Sequence record: NC_014467.1
DNA from: Escherichia phage RB16
Length of the DNA: 64,000 nt
Strand: one strand, 5' to 3'
The notes under the pieces are model-generated. The model was not told the origin of the DNA, made no database searches, and worked only from the letters and a program-made list of their open reading frames with translations. The first letter of the stretch is position 1, and the number at the start of each line of letters is the position of its first letter. The position numbers and the translations under genes are program-made. Of the stretch, positions 48,650-56,928 are shown piece after piece.

Positions 48650-49170
48650 AATTACTTCATATGATCCGCGCCATACAACACAGCCAGGGTTCTCGATGTA
48701 TATCGACCCGTGTTGGTGCGGTTATTGTAATGAATGGGCGCGTGGTGTCCCAGGGTTCGAATAATACGGTTGATTCTGATTGTCGTTGTGCTGATCATAA
48801 CGAGCACATGCTGAATGATGAAGGTAAGCTGAAAGCTGTTCACCGTCCAGAACATTCAGCATGGTCGAACGACAACGAGATCCACGCCGAAATGAAAGCG
48901 TTGCTAAGTGCTCATACTAATGGTATCATGCTTAACAACGCAGAGTTGTACACAACCGCTTCACCGTGTCCGAATTGTGCAAAACACATCGAATGGTATG
49001 TTGCGATTGGTGCAATAACTGCTGTATACTACCTCGATAAATACGATCGTGGTAATGACGAATGGATTTCACGTTTGCAAAAATATGGTTGCAGAGTGGA
49101 ACAAATTAAACGGGAAGAGTTGGAACCTCATATCAACTTTTCTAATTTAGTGTTTAACAACAATGAGTAA
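48646..49170 (+). CDS. cd: dCMP deaminase
   Basis: 174 aa; zinc-binding deaminase motifs HAEMKAL and PCPNCA. Confidence 0.8.
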   Translation: MKLLHMIRAIQHSQGSRCISTRVGAVIVMNGRVVSQGSNNTVDSDCRCADHNEHMLNDEGKLKAVHRPEHSAWSNDNEIHAEMKALLSAHTNGIMLNNAELYTTASPCPNCAKHIEWYVAIGAITAVYYLDKYDRGNDEWISRLQKYGCRVEQIKREELEPHINFSNLVFNNNE

Positions 49171-49174
49171 CAAA

Positions 49175-49519
49175 ATGTCTGAATTGAAAGTAAAAGCATC
49201 TTTTGAATACGTGATTATCGAAGCAACTGCTCGACCGCAGGGTTCCGAAATCGTATCATCAACTGGCATTGTAGTAGGTGTGCGTCAACACGGGGAACAA
49301 CCGTATTTTGGTAAAGTTGTTTCTGTAGGGCCGGAAGTACCGGAAGAAAACGCAAAAGCCCTGCTGGGTAAAATGGTTCCGCTTCCACATGCTCAAATGG
49401 CGAATGTTCCAGATCCAGACCTGGTTGCTGGCTACATTTCCGAAAAAGAAGCAAAAGAGAAAGAAACGAAATACGTTTCCGCACATTACAAAGCAATCCA
49501 GGCAATCTACGAGATCTAA
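49175..49519 (+). CDS. 31: co-chaperonin (gp31, GroES-like)
   Basis: Start placed at MSELKVKA; C-terminal VSAHYKAIQAIYEI resembles T4 gp31 C-terminus; follows cd as in T4. Confidence 0.65.
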   Translation: MSELKVKASFEYVIIEATARPQGSEIVSSTGIVVGVRQHGEQPYFGKVVSVGPEVPEENAKALLGKMVPLPHAQMANVPDPDLVAGYISEKEAKEKETKYVSAHYKAIQAIYEI

Positions 49520-49521
49520 AA

Positions 49522-49773
49522 ATGGCTAAATCAATTCAAGCAATTATCGCTGATACCGTCAGCAAATCCAAAAAGCTGTTCGACAAAGGCGAAATTCTGG
49601 AAGCCCCAGCGCGTATTGACGTAATGACAGCAATGATCATTGATGCGCATCAGGGTAAACTTAAATCCCGTACCGATGAAGTCATGGCGTACATCGTCCA
49701 GTTCGAAGACGTATGTAAGTACGCGAAAGATGTTGATCCGCTGGTTCGCGAAATCTATCGCAAACAGTTCTAA
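49522..49773 (+). CDS. rIII: rIII-like lysis-inhibition accessory protein (by position and size)
   Basis: 83 aa (T4 rIII is 82 aa) directly after gene 31 as in T4; sequence similarity not verified. Confidence 0.4.
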   Translation: MAKSIQAIIADTVSKSKKLFDKGEILEAPARIDVMTAMIIDAHQGKLKSRTDEVMAYIVQFEDVCKYAKDVDPLVREIYRKQF

Positions 49774-49780
49774 AAATTCC

Positions 49781-49857
49781 GGCCCTTTAGCTTAATTGGT
49801 TAGAGCGGGTGACTCATAATCGCGCGGTTGCTGGTTCGAATCCAGCAGGGGCCACCA
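49781..49857 (+). tRNA. tRNA with anticodon CAU (Met, or Ile if lysidine-modified)
   Basis: Hand-folded cloverleaf: acceptor GGCCCTT/AGGGGCC, T-loop GGTTCGAATCC, anticodon loop CTCATAA, 3' CCA encoded. Confidence 0.75.
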
Positions 49858-49862
49858 AATAC

Positions 49863-49938
49863 GCAGGTGTAGTTCAATTGGTAGAATATCTGGTTTCCAT
49901 CCAGATTGTTGAGGGTTCGAGTCCCTTCACCTGCTCCA
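49863..49938 (+). tRNA. tRNA-Gly (anticodon UCC)
   Basis: Acceptor GCAGGTG/CACCTGC, T-loop GGTTCGAGTCC, anticodon loop TTTCCAT, 3' CCA encoded. Confidence 0.75.
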
Positions 49939-50087
49939 ATTCGGGTGCGTAGCGCAATGCCGTTAAATGGTTCGGAATATGCAACCTTATCGTATGCGAT
50001 AGGCTCTGTTGGTATCCGGTAATAGGTTCCCCGGAATGCGGGGTGAAGTAAAGAAACTTCCAGCCCACAAATTTAAAAGAGAAAAAT

Positions 50088-50510
50088 ATGAAAGGTCTTC
50101 AAAAGCTGTTTGATTTAACCCCACAAATTCGCGAAATCACTACCTCTGGTAAAAGCGACAATGAAATCAATAATGCATTGATGAAGTTTTTCACCGAAGA
50201 AATTGATGATTTCGAAACTCTGTTCCGTCACGCGTTAGAAGCGTATTCCGTGAACGGGTTCTTTGCATCACCACAGGTGAACAGCAAGAAACAATGCCAT
50301 CGTCGATTCTTCGACTGGTCGATCGTAAACGTGGTTCGCCGTACTGACATCGAACCAACAAATCACCAGTTGATGTCTGTTGATTCTGCTGTGTTTATCA
50401 TCCAGTATCTTATCAGCGGCGGTTTCAAATCGAACGATATTCCGTTCACAAATGAAGCTCTTATGGAAGAGTTTGCAGAAGCCCATAAGTACATCAAAGC
50501 AATTCGTTAA
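50088..50510 (+). CDS. hypothetical protein
   Basis: 140 aa; RBS GAGAAA; followed by terminator. Confidence 0.45.
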   Translation: MKGLQKLFDLTPQIREITTSGKSDNEINNALMKFFTEEIDDFETLFRHALEAYSVNGFFASPQVNSKKQCHRRFFDWSIVNVVRRTDIEPTNHQLMSVDSAVFIIQYLISGGFKSNDIPFTNEALMEEFAEAHKYIKAIR

Positions 50511-50515
50511 TCATC

Positions 50516-50541
50516 AGGCTATCTTCGGATAGCCTTTTTTC
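50516..50541 (+). terminator. rho-independent terminator (AGGCTATC-TTCG-GATAGCCT + TTTTTT)
   Basis: 8-bp stem, UUCG tetraloop, T-run. Confidence 0.6.
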
Positions 50542-50552
50542 TGGAGAAGCAC

Positions 50553-51122
50553 ATGCGCTTTTTAAAATACGCAAGCTGGCTTGTACTGGTTCCACTGGAT
50601 ATTCTTTCTGGTGTTCTGGCTATTCTGCTGGCTCCTTTCGTGGTTCCGTTCTATAGTGAAGAAACCGGACACTTACCTAAAGGGTTCCGTTGGATGGAAA
50701 CATTCGATAACCCGATCGATGGTGATGGTGGACATATCCGGCGTTGGGCTAACATCCGGTATCACTTAGGCGCTCTGGGTGTGTATACGCAACGTGTAGG
50801 CTGGTTGTGGCGTAACAAGGCGTACAACTTCGCTTATCACGTCTTAGGGCGTGAAGCACAATCAGACTTCGCCTGGAAGGGCAACCCGAAAACAGAAGGT
50901 GGTTCCGATCCATCACGTCACGGTTATCTGTTGATGTGGAATGATTCGGCATGGGGGCTTTATGTCTTCAAACCGTGGCTTAAAGTCGGAAAGGTTCAGT
51001 TCTGCTTACGCGTGTATTGCGGGTGGAAACTGAAACAGGAAGTAACTGACCCGAACGGGCTGGATCGTGCAATGCTGGCGTTCCATATCAACCCGTTGCG
51101 TTATTATGTCGTAGAAAGGTAA
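50553..51122 (+). CDS. membrane protein, unknown function
   Basis: 189 aa; N-terminal TM helices ([25 protein letters not shown]). Confidence 0.5.
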   Translation: MRFLKYASWLVLVPLDILSGVLAILLAPFVVPFYSEETGHLPKGFRWMETFDNPIDGDGGHIRRWANIRYHLGALGVYTQRVGWLWRNKAYNFAYHVLGREAQSDFAWKGNPKTEGGSDPSRHGYLLMWNDSAWGLYVFKPWLKVGKVQFCLRVYCGWKLKQEVTDPNGLDRAMLAFHINPLRYYVVER

Positions 51123-51126
51123 TACA

Positions 51127-51489
51127 ATGAAAGCATATCAGATTTTAGAAGGTTTACACACTGGCACAATCTACATGGAAGAAGGTAATGATGTTCGTGT
51201 GGTGGTATCCAAAACCCTCGAAATGGATTCAGTGATCGGTAAAGCTCGCGTTGCTCCATTCGCAAAACGTGAAGTCGATATTGAATTTCAACCCACTGTT
51301 AAAGTGGAAGGTGGACAACACTTAAACGTAAACGTGTTGCGCCGCGAAACTCTGGAAGATGCTGTGAAGCATCCAGAAAAATACCCACAGTTAACGATCC
51401 GTGTGTCCGGCTATGCAGTGCGTTTCAATTCACTGACTCCTGAACAACAGCGCGACGTTATCGCCCGAACCTTTACAGAGAGTCTATAA
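51127..51489 (+). CDS. autonomous glycyl-radical cofactor (GrcA/YfiD-like)
   Basis: 120 aa; C-terminal ~65 aa carry the glycyl-radical motif [25 protein letters not shown] and appear near-identical to enterobacterial GrcA/pyruvate formate-lyase C-terminus. Confidence 0.8.
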   Translation: MKAYQILEGLHTGTIYMEEGNDVRVVVSKTLEMDSVIGKARVAPFAKREVDIEFQPTVKVEGGQHLNVNVLRRETLEDAVKHPEKYPQLTIRVSGYAVRFNSLTPEQQRDVIARTFTESL

Positions 51490-51770
51490 TGGCGATTGAA
51501 GACGTACAGGGCTATAAGCCCCATTCAAAAGAAAAGATCGACAAAGTAAACCGCATCAAGGCCGCTGAAATTGCCCTGGGCGAAATCTTCAAAGAACTGG
51601 ATGAAGAGTATTCAAGCGATTACGCGGTATCAGATACCGATTCATTCACCACAGAAGAACTCGATGCGATGCTTGAACGTGTCCATCAAATCCAACTGGC
51701 GAAAGACCGACTGAAAGAAGCCTCTATGTGGGCGTGTCGTGCGGTGTTCCAGCCAGAAGAAAAGTATTAA
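51489..51770 (+). CDS. hypothetical protein
   Basis: 93 aa; ATGG coupling with upstream gene; followed by terminator. Confidence 0.45.
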   Translation: MAIEDVQGYKPHSKEKIDKVNRIKAAEIALGEIFKELDEEYSSDYAVSDTDSFTTEELDAMLERVHQIQLAKDRLKEASMWACRAVFQPEEKY

Positions 51771-51774
51771 AATC

Positions 51775-51808
51775 CAGCCGTTGCCGAAAGGTAGCGGCTT
51801 TTTTCGTT
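51775..51808 (+). terminator. rho-independent terminator (10-bp stem with G-U wobbles, GAAA loop, U-run)
   Basis: AGCCGTTGCC-GAAA-GGTAGCGGCT followed by TTTTTTCGTTTTT. Confidence 0.55.
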
Positions 51809-51825
51809 TTTATGCAAAATAATGC

Positions 51826-51854
51826 TTGCACTGAATCAGGCTTTCTTGTATCTT
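51826..51854 (+). promoter_or_regulatory. sigma70-like promoter: -35 TTGCAC (within aATGCTTGCAc), 17-bp spacer, -10 TATCTT
   Basis: Shares the aATGCTTGCA -35 context with promoters at 9966-9994 and 56209-56238. Confidence 0.4.
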
Positions 51855-51895
51855 TAACCACGTAGGCAAGACAACTTAACTTTGAGGATGACATT

Positions 51896-52189
51896 ATGAA
51901 AACTTACAACATGAAAGACCTGGTTTGCTTCAAAACTCGCCGTGAAGCCCGTGCGTATGTTTTGGCGGCTGGTAAGAATACCTCTGCTGTAATCGACCTG
52001 GGTACTGATAAAGAGGTTGGTGCTCGTTGGGCTGCTGTTGTGGTTATCGCTGCTCCTGTGACTCCTGTTAAAACTCTGGTTCTGGGTGCGCGTAAAGCCG
52101 AAACTCTGAAAACCAGCACTTGCGGGGCGGGTGGTGTTCATAATGTTACGGTCATTCGAAAAAGATCTTTTAATCGAGTCGGTGTATGA
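51896..52189 (+). CDS. hypothetical protein
   Basis: 97 aa; RBS GAGGA; overlapping minus-strand ORFs judged spurious. Confidence 0.4.
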   Translation: MKTYNMKDLVCFKTRREARAYVLAAGKNTSAVIDLGTDKEVGARWAAVVVIAAPVTPVKTLVLGARKAETLKTSTCGAGGVHNVTVIRKRSFNRVGV

Positions 52190-52279
52190 AGGTATACGGG
52201 GAAAACAGAAAGAACAATCTCCGAAGAGATTGATGTAATCAATGAATTTCTATGTAGACCATACGTTAAGAGAGTTATT

Positions 52280-52720
52280 ATGAATATTGGTAGTGGTGAT
52301 TCATACCCATCATGCGCATTGAGCAACTTCGCCCCGCATCCGTTTACGTTTGACGGGGTAGAATGTGCATCAATGGAGGGCTTTTTACAAAGTCTGAAAT
52401 TCAGCAATCCAGATATGCAAGCGCATGTGTGTACGCTGGTTGGTAAAGCCGCCAAGTTCAAAGGCAAGAAAAAGAAATGGTATCGCGATCAGACCCTATA
52501 CTGGAAGGGTATGCCGATTCACCGTGAATCAGAAGCATATCAAATTCTGATTGAAAACGCATATAATGCGTTATTCCTTAATGAAGGGTTTCGCCGTGCG
52601 CTGGCAGCAACCGGAAAAAGTACCTTGACACATTCAATGGGAAAGAATAAGATGAATGAAACGGTACTCACTGAACGTGAGTTTGTCCGAAATTTAACCC
52701 GATTGAGAGATCTGTTATGA
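52280..52720 (+). CDS. NADAR (YbiA-like) domain protein
   Basis: 146 aa; motif LSNFAPHPFTFDGVECASMEGFLQSLKF fits the NADAR N-terminal signature; FRRALAATG...LTHS fits the C-terminal part. Confidence 0.55.
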   Translation: MNIGSGDSYPSCALSNFAPHPFTFDGVECASMEGFLQSLKFSNPDMQAHVCTLVGKAAKFKGKKKKWYRDQTLYWKGMPIHRESEAYQILIENAYNALFLNEGFRRALAATGKSTLTHSMGKNKMNETVLTEREFVRNLTRLRDLL

Positions 52721-52995
52721 TAGGTTATAAAGATTATGATGAAAGAGTAGAATGCGCGTTCCTGTTCAAAGGCGCGATTAACCCGTTGGCATTACTCCAC
52801 GCACAGGGCGCTTTGAGTTCTACCCTGATTATGGGTGTTATCTACAAAGCGGGTGTGTATTACGTCACCATCGGCGCGAACAACATTAACGTGATCAACA
52901 GCTACGTTGAAAAATGTAAGCTGAAAGATATCGTGTTCGATAAAGTCGAAATGGATGTTCCTGGCTTCGACGCTGTTTATATGTACAAGGGTTGA
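52717..52995 (+). CDS. hypothetical protein
   Basis: 92 aa; 4-nt coupling. Confidence 0.4.
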   Translation: MIGYKDYDERVECAFLFKGAINPLALLHAQGALSSTLIMGVIYKAGVYYVTIGANNINVINSYVEKCKLKDIVFDKVEMDVPGFDAVYMYKG

Positions 52996-53219
52996 TGATG
53001 GGTTACGTGGTTTATTTCGATTGTTCGGATCTTGATCCGTTCGTTCTGCAACAGGCAAAGAAATATCATCAAGATATCACTGGTATCAGTGTCACGAACG
53101 ATGATATGCTGTGTATCGAATTTGATTATTATCGTACATTTGAGCGTGACAAATTCCTTGCGGATATTGAAGCGTTTAAGAGTACCCTTTTCTTTGATCG
53201 TTATGAGGTTAAATCTTGA
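52992..53219 (+). CDS. hypothetical protein
   Basis: 75 aa; 4-nt coupling. Confidence 0.4.
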   Translation: MMMGYVVYFDCSDLDPFVLQQAKKYHQDITGISVTNDDMLCIEFDYYRTFERDKFLADIEAFKSTLFFDRYEVKS

Positions 53220-53821
53220 AACCAGTTATTCTTACCGACATTGACGGGATCGCCGTAAAATGGCAGTCGGGGTTGCCGTTCTTTTTGTCTAAACACAACA
53301 TGCCGACCGATATCGCGCTGGATATGGTTACGGATGAAAAGTTCCGCGATATGACCGAAATCTTCGGGTGTGATCACCAACTGGCGAAAATTCTCATGGA
53401 AGAATACAACAACAGTTCGTTTATTCGCTATCTAAGCGCGTATGACGATGCGTTGATTGTGATCAACCGTCTGAAAGCAAAGTATGATTTCGTGGCTGTC
53501 ACGGCGCTGGGAACTACTCCTACGGCAAGCCTGAACCGTATTGCGAACCTGAACACGCTGTTCCCTTCTGCATTCAAAGAGGTTTGTGTTGTCGGTCACG
53601 GCGAAACGAAAGTACATCGTTACCTGGAAGCCAAAGCAAAATATGGCGATCGTTTAGTATGTTTCATTGATGACCTTGCAGTAAACTTGAATGAGTGTCA
53701 TAACGTCATCAGTCAGTTGCCGTTATTCCATATGTTGCGTGGCGAACGTAGTGAACCGAGTGTACCTCATACTAAAGTGAATAACTGGCATGAAATTGAA
53801 AAAGCAATTGAGAACTCTTGA
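53216..53821 (+). CDS. HAD-superfamily hydrolase, putative 5'(3')-deoxyribonucleotidase
   Basis: 201 aa; N-terminal DxDG motif (ILTDIDGI) and late DD motif (VCFIDDLAVN). Confidence 0.5.
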   Translation: MKPVILTDIDGIAVKWQSGLPFFLSKHNMPTDIALDMVTDEKFRDMTEIFGCDHQLAKILMEEYNNSSFIRYLSAYDDALIVINRLKAKYDFVAVTALGTTPTASLNRIANLNTLFPSAFKEVCVVGHGETKVHRYLEAKAKYGDRLVCFIDDLAVNLNECHNVISQLPLFHMLRGERSEPSVPHTKVNNWHEIEKAIENS

Positions 53822-54341
53822 TGAAGAAACGCAAGGTATAGAAAACCTACTACAATGTATTCGAGTAGAACCAGAAACCGGAAAATGTTTCTGGTTGGAA
53901 AAGAGAAGTAATAAAATTCCTGCTGGAAGTGAAGCAGGTTCTTTTCATAAATCAAGTGGATATACGCGAATAAAATTCGAAAATGCGATGTACATCCGGT
54001 CAAGGGTGATATTTTATTACGTTAATGGTTATCTTCCAGTGATGGTTGACCATGTTCACGGTGTTGAATGCGGTGATATGATTTCTAATCTAAGGGAGTC
54101 CAATCAGGTAACAAATCAACAAAACCGCACACGGAATAAAAATAATACCGTTGGGTTTAAGGGCGTGTCATTCAACAAGAAATCGCAAAAATATAGCGCC
54201 AAAATCACTTTACATGGAGTGACTAAGTGGTTAGGATTTTATGATTCTGCCGAGGAAGCAAGTGAAGCATATAAGGCCAAAGCACTCGTTTCCTTTACAC
54301 ATAATGAAAGGTACTTAAATGATCTTACAGATTCTGAATGA
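53790..54341 (+). CDS. HNH-AP2 homing endonuclease (Mob-like)
   Basis: 183 aa; YLPVMVDHVHGVECGDMISNL and GVSFNKKSQKYSAKI...WLGFYDSAEEASEAY; paralog of 33781..34311; inserted upstream of DNA ligase. Confidence 0.7.
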   Translation: MKLKKQLRTLDEETQGIENLLQCIRVEPETGKCFWLEKRSNKIPAGSEAGSFHKSSGYTRIKFENAMYIRSRVIFYYVNGYLPVMVDHVHGVECGDMISNLRESNQVTNQQNRTRNKNNTVGFKGVSFNKKSQKYSAKITLHGVTKWLGFYDSAEEASEAYKAKALVSFTHNERYLNDLTDSE

Positions 54342-55842
54342 ACTTGCTTCGACTCTGAAAACATCAGAGAAAGAAGCGATCCTTAAACGTAATGCAGGTA
54401 ATGACCTGCTGAAAGAGATTTTCCGCATTACGTACACGAAACAGATTATGTTTCACATCAAGAAGTTCCCGCAGGTTGACGGGAAGCCAGGCACAACACC
54501 GCTATCGAATGCTATCGCGGATTTAATGTCTGATCTGGCAACGCGGAAGTATACAGGCAATGCAGCCCGTGATCGTCTTCTGGATATCGTTTCATCGGTA
54601 AACGAAAACGACCGCGAAGTGTTACGCCGTATCATTAATCGCGATCTGGAATGTGGTGCTGGTACAACGTTACCGAACCGAGTATGGAAGAAACTCATTC
54701 CAGAACAGCCCCAGTGCCTCGCTACGCCGTTCAGTGAGAAAGCCTTAAAACGTATTCGCTTCCCTGCTTACTCTCAGCTTAAAGCCGATGGTGCGCGTTG
54801 TATGTCCGATCTGTTAGAAGACAAGATCCGCAAAGCATCCCGCGCGGGGAATGAGTATGAAGGTTTATTGAATCTGGACAAGGGTCTGAAAAAGATTCGT
54901 GAATATCTGGGTTATGATGTTGTACTTGATGGAGAACTGATTTATGTCCCTGCTGAAAAAACTGCTGTCGTTCCTTCAAACAGCGTTCCATTTAGTCTTG
55001 CTGGGTTTATGGGCGATGACGACGATTCTGTTTCTGACCTTGTGGCAGATGTTAGGCGGGAAGCTACCGAGAACGAGACACAAGCGGAAGCGAAACGCGA
55101 AGAGGGCAACGGGATTGTAAACAAATCCCTGAAAGGTACTATCAGCGACGAAGAACAGCGCAATATCGTTTATGTTGTCTGGGATATCGTACCGTATGAA
55201 GTATACTATGGTGATGCTCCGAGTGTTCAGCCATATTGCGATCGTTTCTCTATTCTGGAAGGTGCGCTGGCTGGCTCTGGTGTAACGTCAGTTAAGCTGA
55301 TCCCTTCTATCCTGGTGCAGAACTACGCGGAAGCGAAAAAGGATTACAACAATTACCGAAATGAAGGTAAAGAGGGTTCAATCCTGAAAAACGTTGATTT
55401 CAAATGGAAAGATTCACGCGTTGCGGATCAGGTGAAGTTGAAGAACAAAACCCCGATTGAACTGCGAATCATCGACGTGTACGAACACACCAAAGAAGCT
55501 CATAAGGTCGGAGGGTTCGTGGTTGAGGACTTATCAGGAGAAGCCAGAACAAACACAGGTTCCGGTCTGACTGATACGGACTACCGATACGATGAAGACG
55601 GTATTAACCGCGTGTACATCCCGTTAGAAGAACGTGGTGAACTGGATCGCGAATACATCATGGCGAACAAAGATGACTATATCGGCGCTATCGTCGAAAT
55701 GGAAGTTGACGGACTCCAGAAGTCTAAAACGCGTAAGAAGGGCGAACCTGAGTTCAGTTTCTTCTTGCCAATCATCAAGAAGATCCGACGCGATAAGACC
55801 GAACCGGATGATATTCACGTTATCTTCGCTGATCTGTTTTAA
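54319..55842 (+). CDS. 30: ATP-dependent DNA ligase (gp30)
   Basis: 507 aa; N-terminus MILQILNELAS parallels T4 ligase; adenylation motif KADGAR; motifs DGELIY and EG.ILK. Confidence 0.85.
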   Translation: MILQILNELASTLKTSEKEAILKRNAGNDLLKEIFRITYTKQIMFHIKKFPQVDGKPGTTPLSNAIADLMSDLATRKYTGNAARDRLLDIVSSVNENDREVLRRIINRDLECGAGTTLPNRVWKKLIPEQPQCLATPFSEKALKRIRFPAYSQLKADGARCMSDLLEDKIRKASRAGNEYEGLLNLDKGLKKIREYLGYDVVLDGELIYVPAEKTAVVPSNSVPFSLAGFMGDDDDSVSDLVADVRREATENETQAEAKREEGNGIVNKSLKGTISDEEQRNIVYVVWDIVPYEVYYGDAPSVQPYCDRFSILEGALAGSGVTSVKLIPSILVQNYAEAKKDYNNYRNEGKEGSILKNVDFKWKDSRVADQVKLKNKTPIELRIIDVYEHTKEAHKVGGFVVEDLSGEARTNTGSGLTDTDYRYDEDGINRVYIPLEERGELDREYIMANKDDYIGAIVEMEVDGLQKSKTRKKGEPEFSFFLPIIKKIRRDKTEPDDIHVIFADLF

Positions 55843-55860
55843 ATAGCACTTTTTGCTAAA

Positions 55861-55896
55861 AAGCCCCTTGCATGAGTAAGGGGCTTTTGTTATATT
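55861..55896 (+). promoter_or_regulatory. PeSL-like cassette: terminator hairpin AAGCCCCTT...AAGGGGCTT containing -35 TTGCAT, TTTTGT, -10 TATATT
   Basis: Part of 55841-55935, near-identical to 10641-10737 (reverse complement), including 5'UTR ACATCGAAACGAAACAGACAAAAGGAAC. Confidence 0.55.
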
Positions 55897-55933
55897 ACAA
55901 ACATCGAAACGAAACAGACAAAAGGAACATCCC

Positions 55934-56206
55934 ATGCAAATCACTAAAGAACTCGAAGGCAAAGTAATCGTTCTGGTAAATGAAGACCGTTTGGCACAAC
56001 TGGGTAACGGTGGTGAAAAACTGCCAGCGGACGCACTCGAAAGCCTTTCTAAAATGCGCGTGATGCGTGTTACTGACGGTTGGGTTACTTGTCTGCCTCT
56101 GAACGACGAAGACAAAGCCGTATACGATGCACAAGCGGATTCATGGGATATCGAAGTACCTCTGGTAAACATCGAAGTTGAAGAGTGCTACGAAATCGAA
56201 AAATAA
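55934..56206 (+). CDS. hypothetical protein
   Basis: 90 aa; RBS AAGGAAC; first gene downstream of PeSL cassette. Confidence 0.45.
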   Translation: MQITKELEGKVIVLVNEDRLAQLGNGGEKLPADALESLSKMRVMRVTDGWVTCLPLNDEDKAVYDAQADSWDIEVPLVNIEVEECYEIEK

Positions 56207-56208
56207 TG

Positions 56209-56238
56209 CTTGCTTCCTGGGTAATGTAGTGGTACATT
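56209..56238 (+). promoter_or_regulatory. sigma70-like promoter: -35 TTGCTT (aATGCTTGCtt), 18-bp spacer, -10 TACATT, within 10-bp perfect hairpin GGGTAATGTA...TACATTACCC
   Basis: Followed by 5'UTR ATATCGAAACGAAAGGAG shared with the PeSL copies. Confidence 0.4.
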
Positions 56239-56267
56239 ACCCATATCGAAACGAAAGGAGAAACATC

Positions 56268-56447
56268 ATGAAAATTATGCACACTGCAAATCAACTTCAA
56301 AACGGCAACTACGCTATCCACGATGCTATCGGTGCGCTGGTTGGGGTTTATCTTCATGGTATCAAACTCCTTGAAGTAAGTGGGAATACCTTTTATGGTG
56401 TTGAAAACATCGAAGCAGCGATGGAAATTATCGGTGACCTGAAATGA
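56268..56447 (+). CDS. hypothetical small protein
   Basis: 59 aa from MKIMHTANQ; RBS AAGGAG. Confidence 0.4.
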   Translation: MKIMHTANQLQNGNYAIHDAIGALVGVYLHGIKLLEVSGNTFYGVENIEAAMEIIGDLK

Positions 56448-56635
56448 GTAAGAAACTCGAAATATTCGAAACTATCAGCGAAGACCCTAATCATCGCTGG
56501 TGCTGTGCGAAAACTGGTTTTGATGCTGCATGGGGTGATACTCCAGAACAGGCGCGTAAAAACTGGGAACACCAACAATTGTTTTTTGCCTGTCGGGTTC
56601 CTACCAATTATGAGGGGAGTCAATTGTTAGCATGA
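56444..56635 (+). CDS. hypothetical protein
   Basis: 63 aa; 4-nt coupling. Confidence 0.4.
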   Translation: MSKKLEIFETISEDPNHRWCCAKTGFDAAWGDTPEQARKNWEHQQLFFACRVPTNYEGSQLLA

Positions 56636-56928
56636 AAAATAAAGAATATGACCCAATAGAAGTTAAAGAGCGGTTATCGGTAGCAAGAAGATTCCTTGAA
56701 TCTATCGACCCTGATAAACTTGGAAAATGCCCTGATACGATTTGCCTTAATTGTGGGCGATCCGTAATGGTTGGAAAGTGCTGTGATAATCAGAATATCG
56801 TTATCATGGACAGGAAAGAAGTTTCACCGGAAGTGTGGGATCGGATTCAAGAGATCATCAAAAACCCACCTGAACCGACGAAACGTTTACGCGAACTTAT
56901 GAGCAGGAAACCACGTTATGAAAAATGA
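56632..56928 (+). CDS. hypothetical protein with Cys-rich putative zinc-binding motif
   Basis: 98 aa; CPDTICLNCG...GKCCD. Confidence 0.4.
   Translation: MKNKEYDPIEVKERLSVARRFLESIDPDKLGKCPDTICLNCGRSVMVGKCCDNQNIVIMDRKEVSPEVWDRIQEIIKNPPEPTKRLRELMSRKPRYEK

Noticed and set aside
49874-50068. 64-aa minus-strand ORF overlapping the tRNA-Gly 3' end and downstream spacer
   Set aside because: It is antisense to two tRNAs in a plus-strand transcription unit and has no RBS. The region is more likely tRNA-adjacent non-coding RNA or 5'UTR.
51822-51830. MotA-box-like sequence aaTGCTTGCA as T4 middle-promoter elements (also near 9991 and 56205)
   Set aside because: The spacing to the downstream TAnnnT hexamer is 17-18 bp (sigma70 -35 spacing), not the 11-13 bp expected for a MotA box at -30; annotated as sigma70-like promoters instead.
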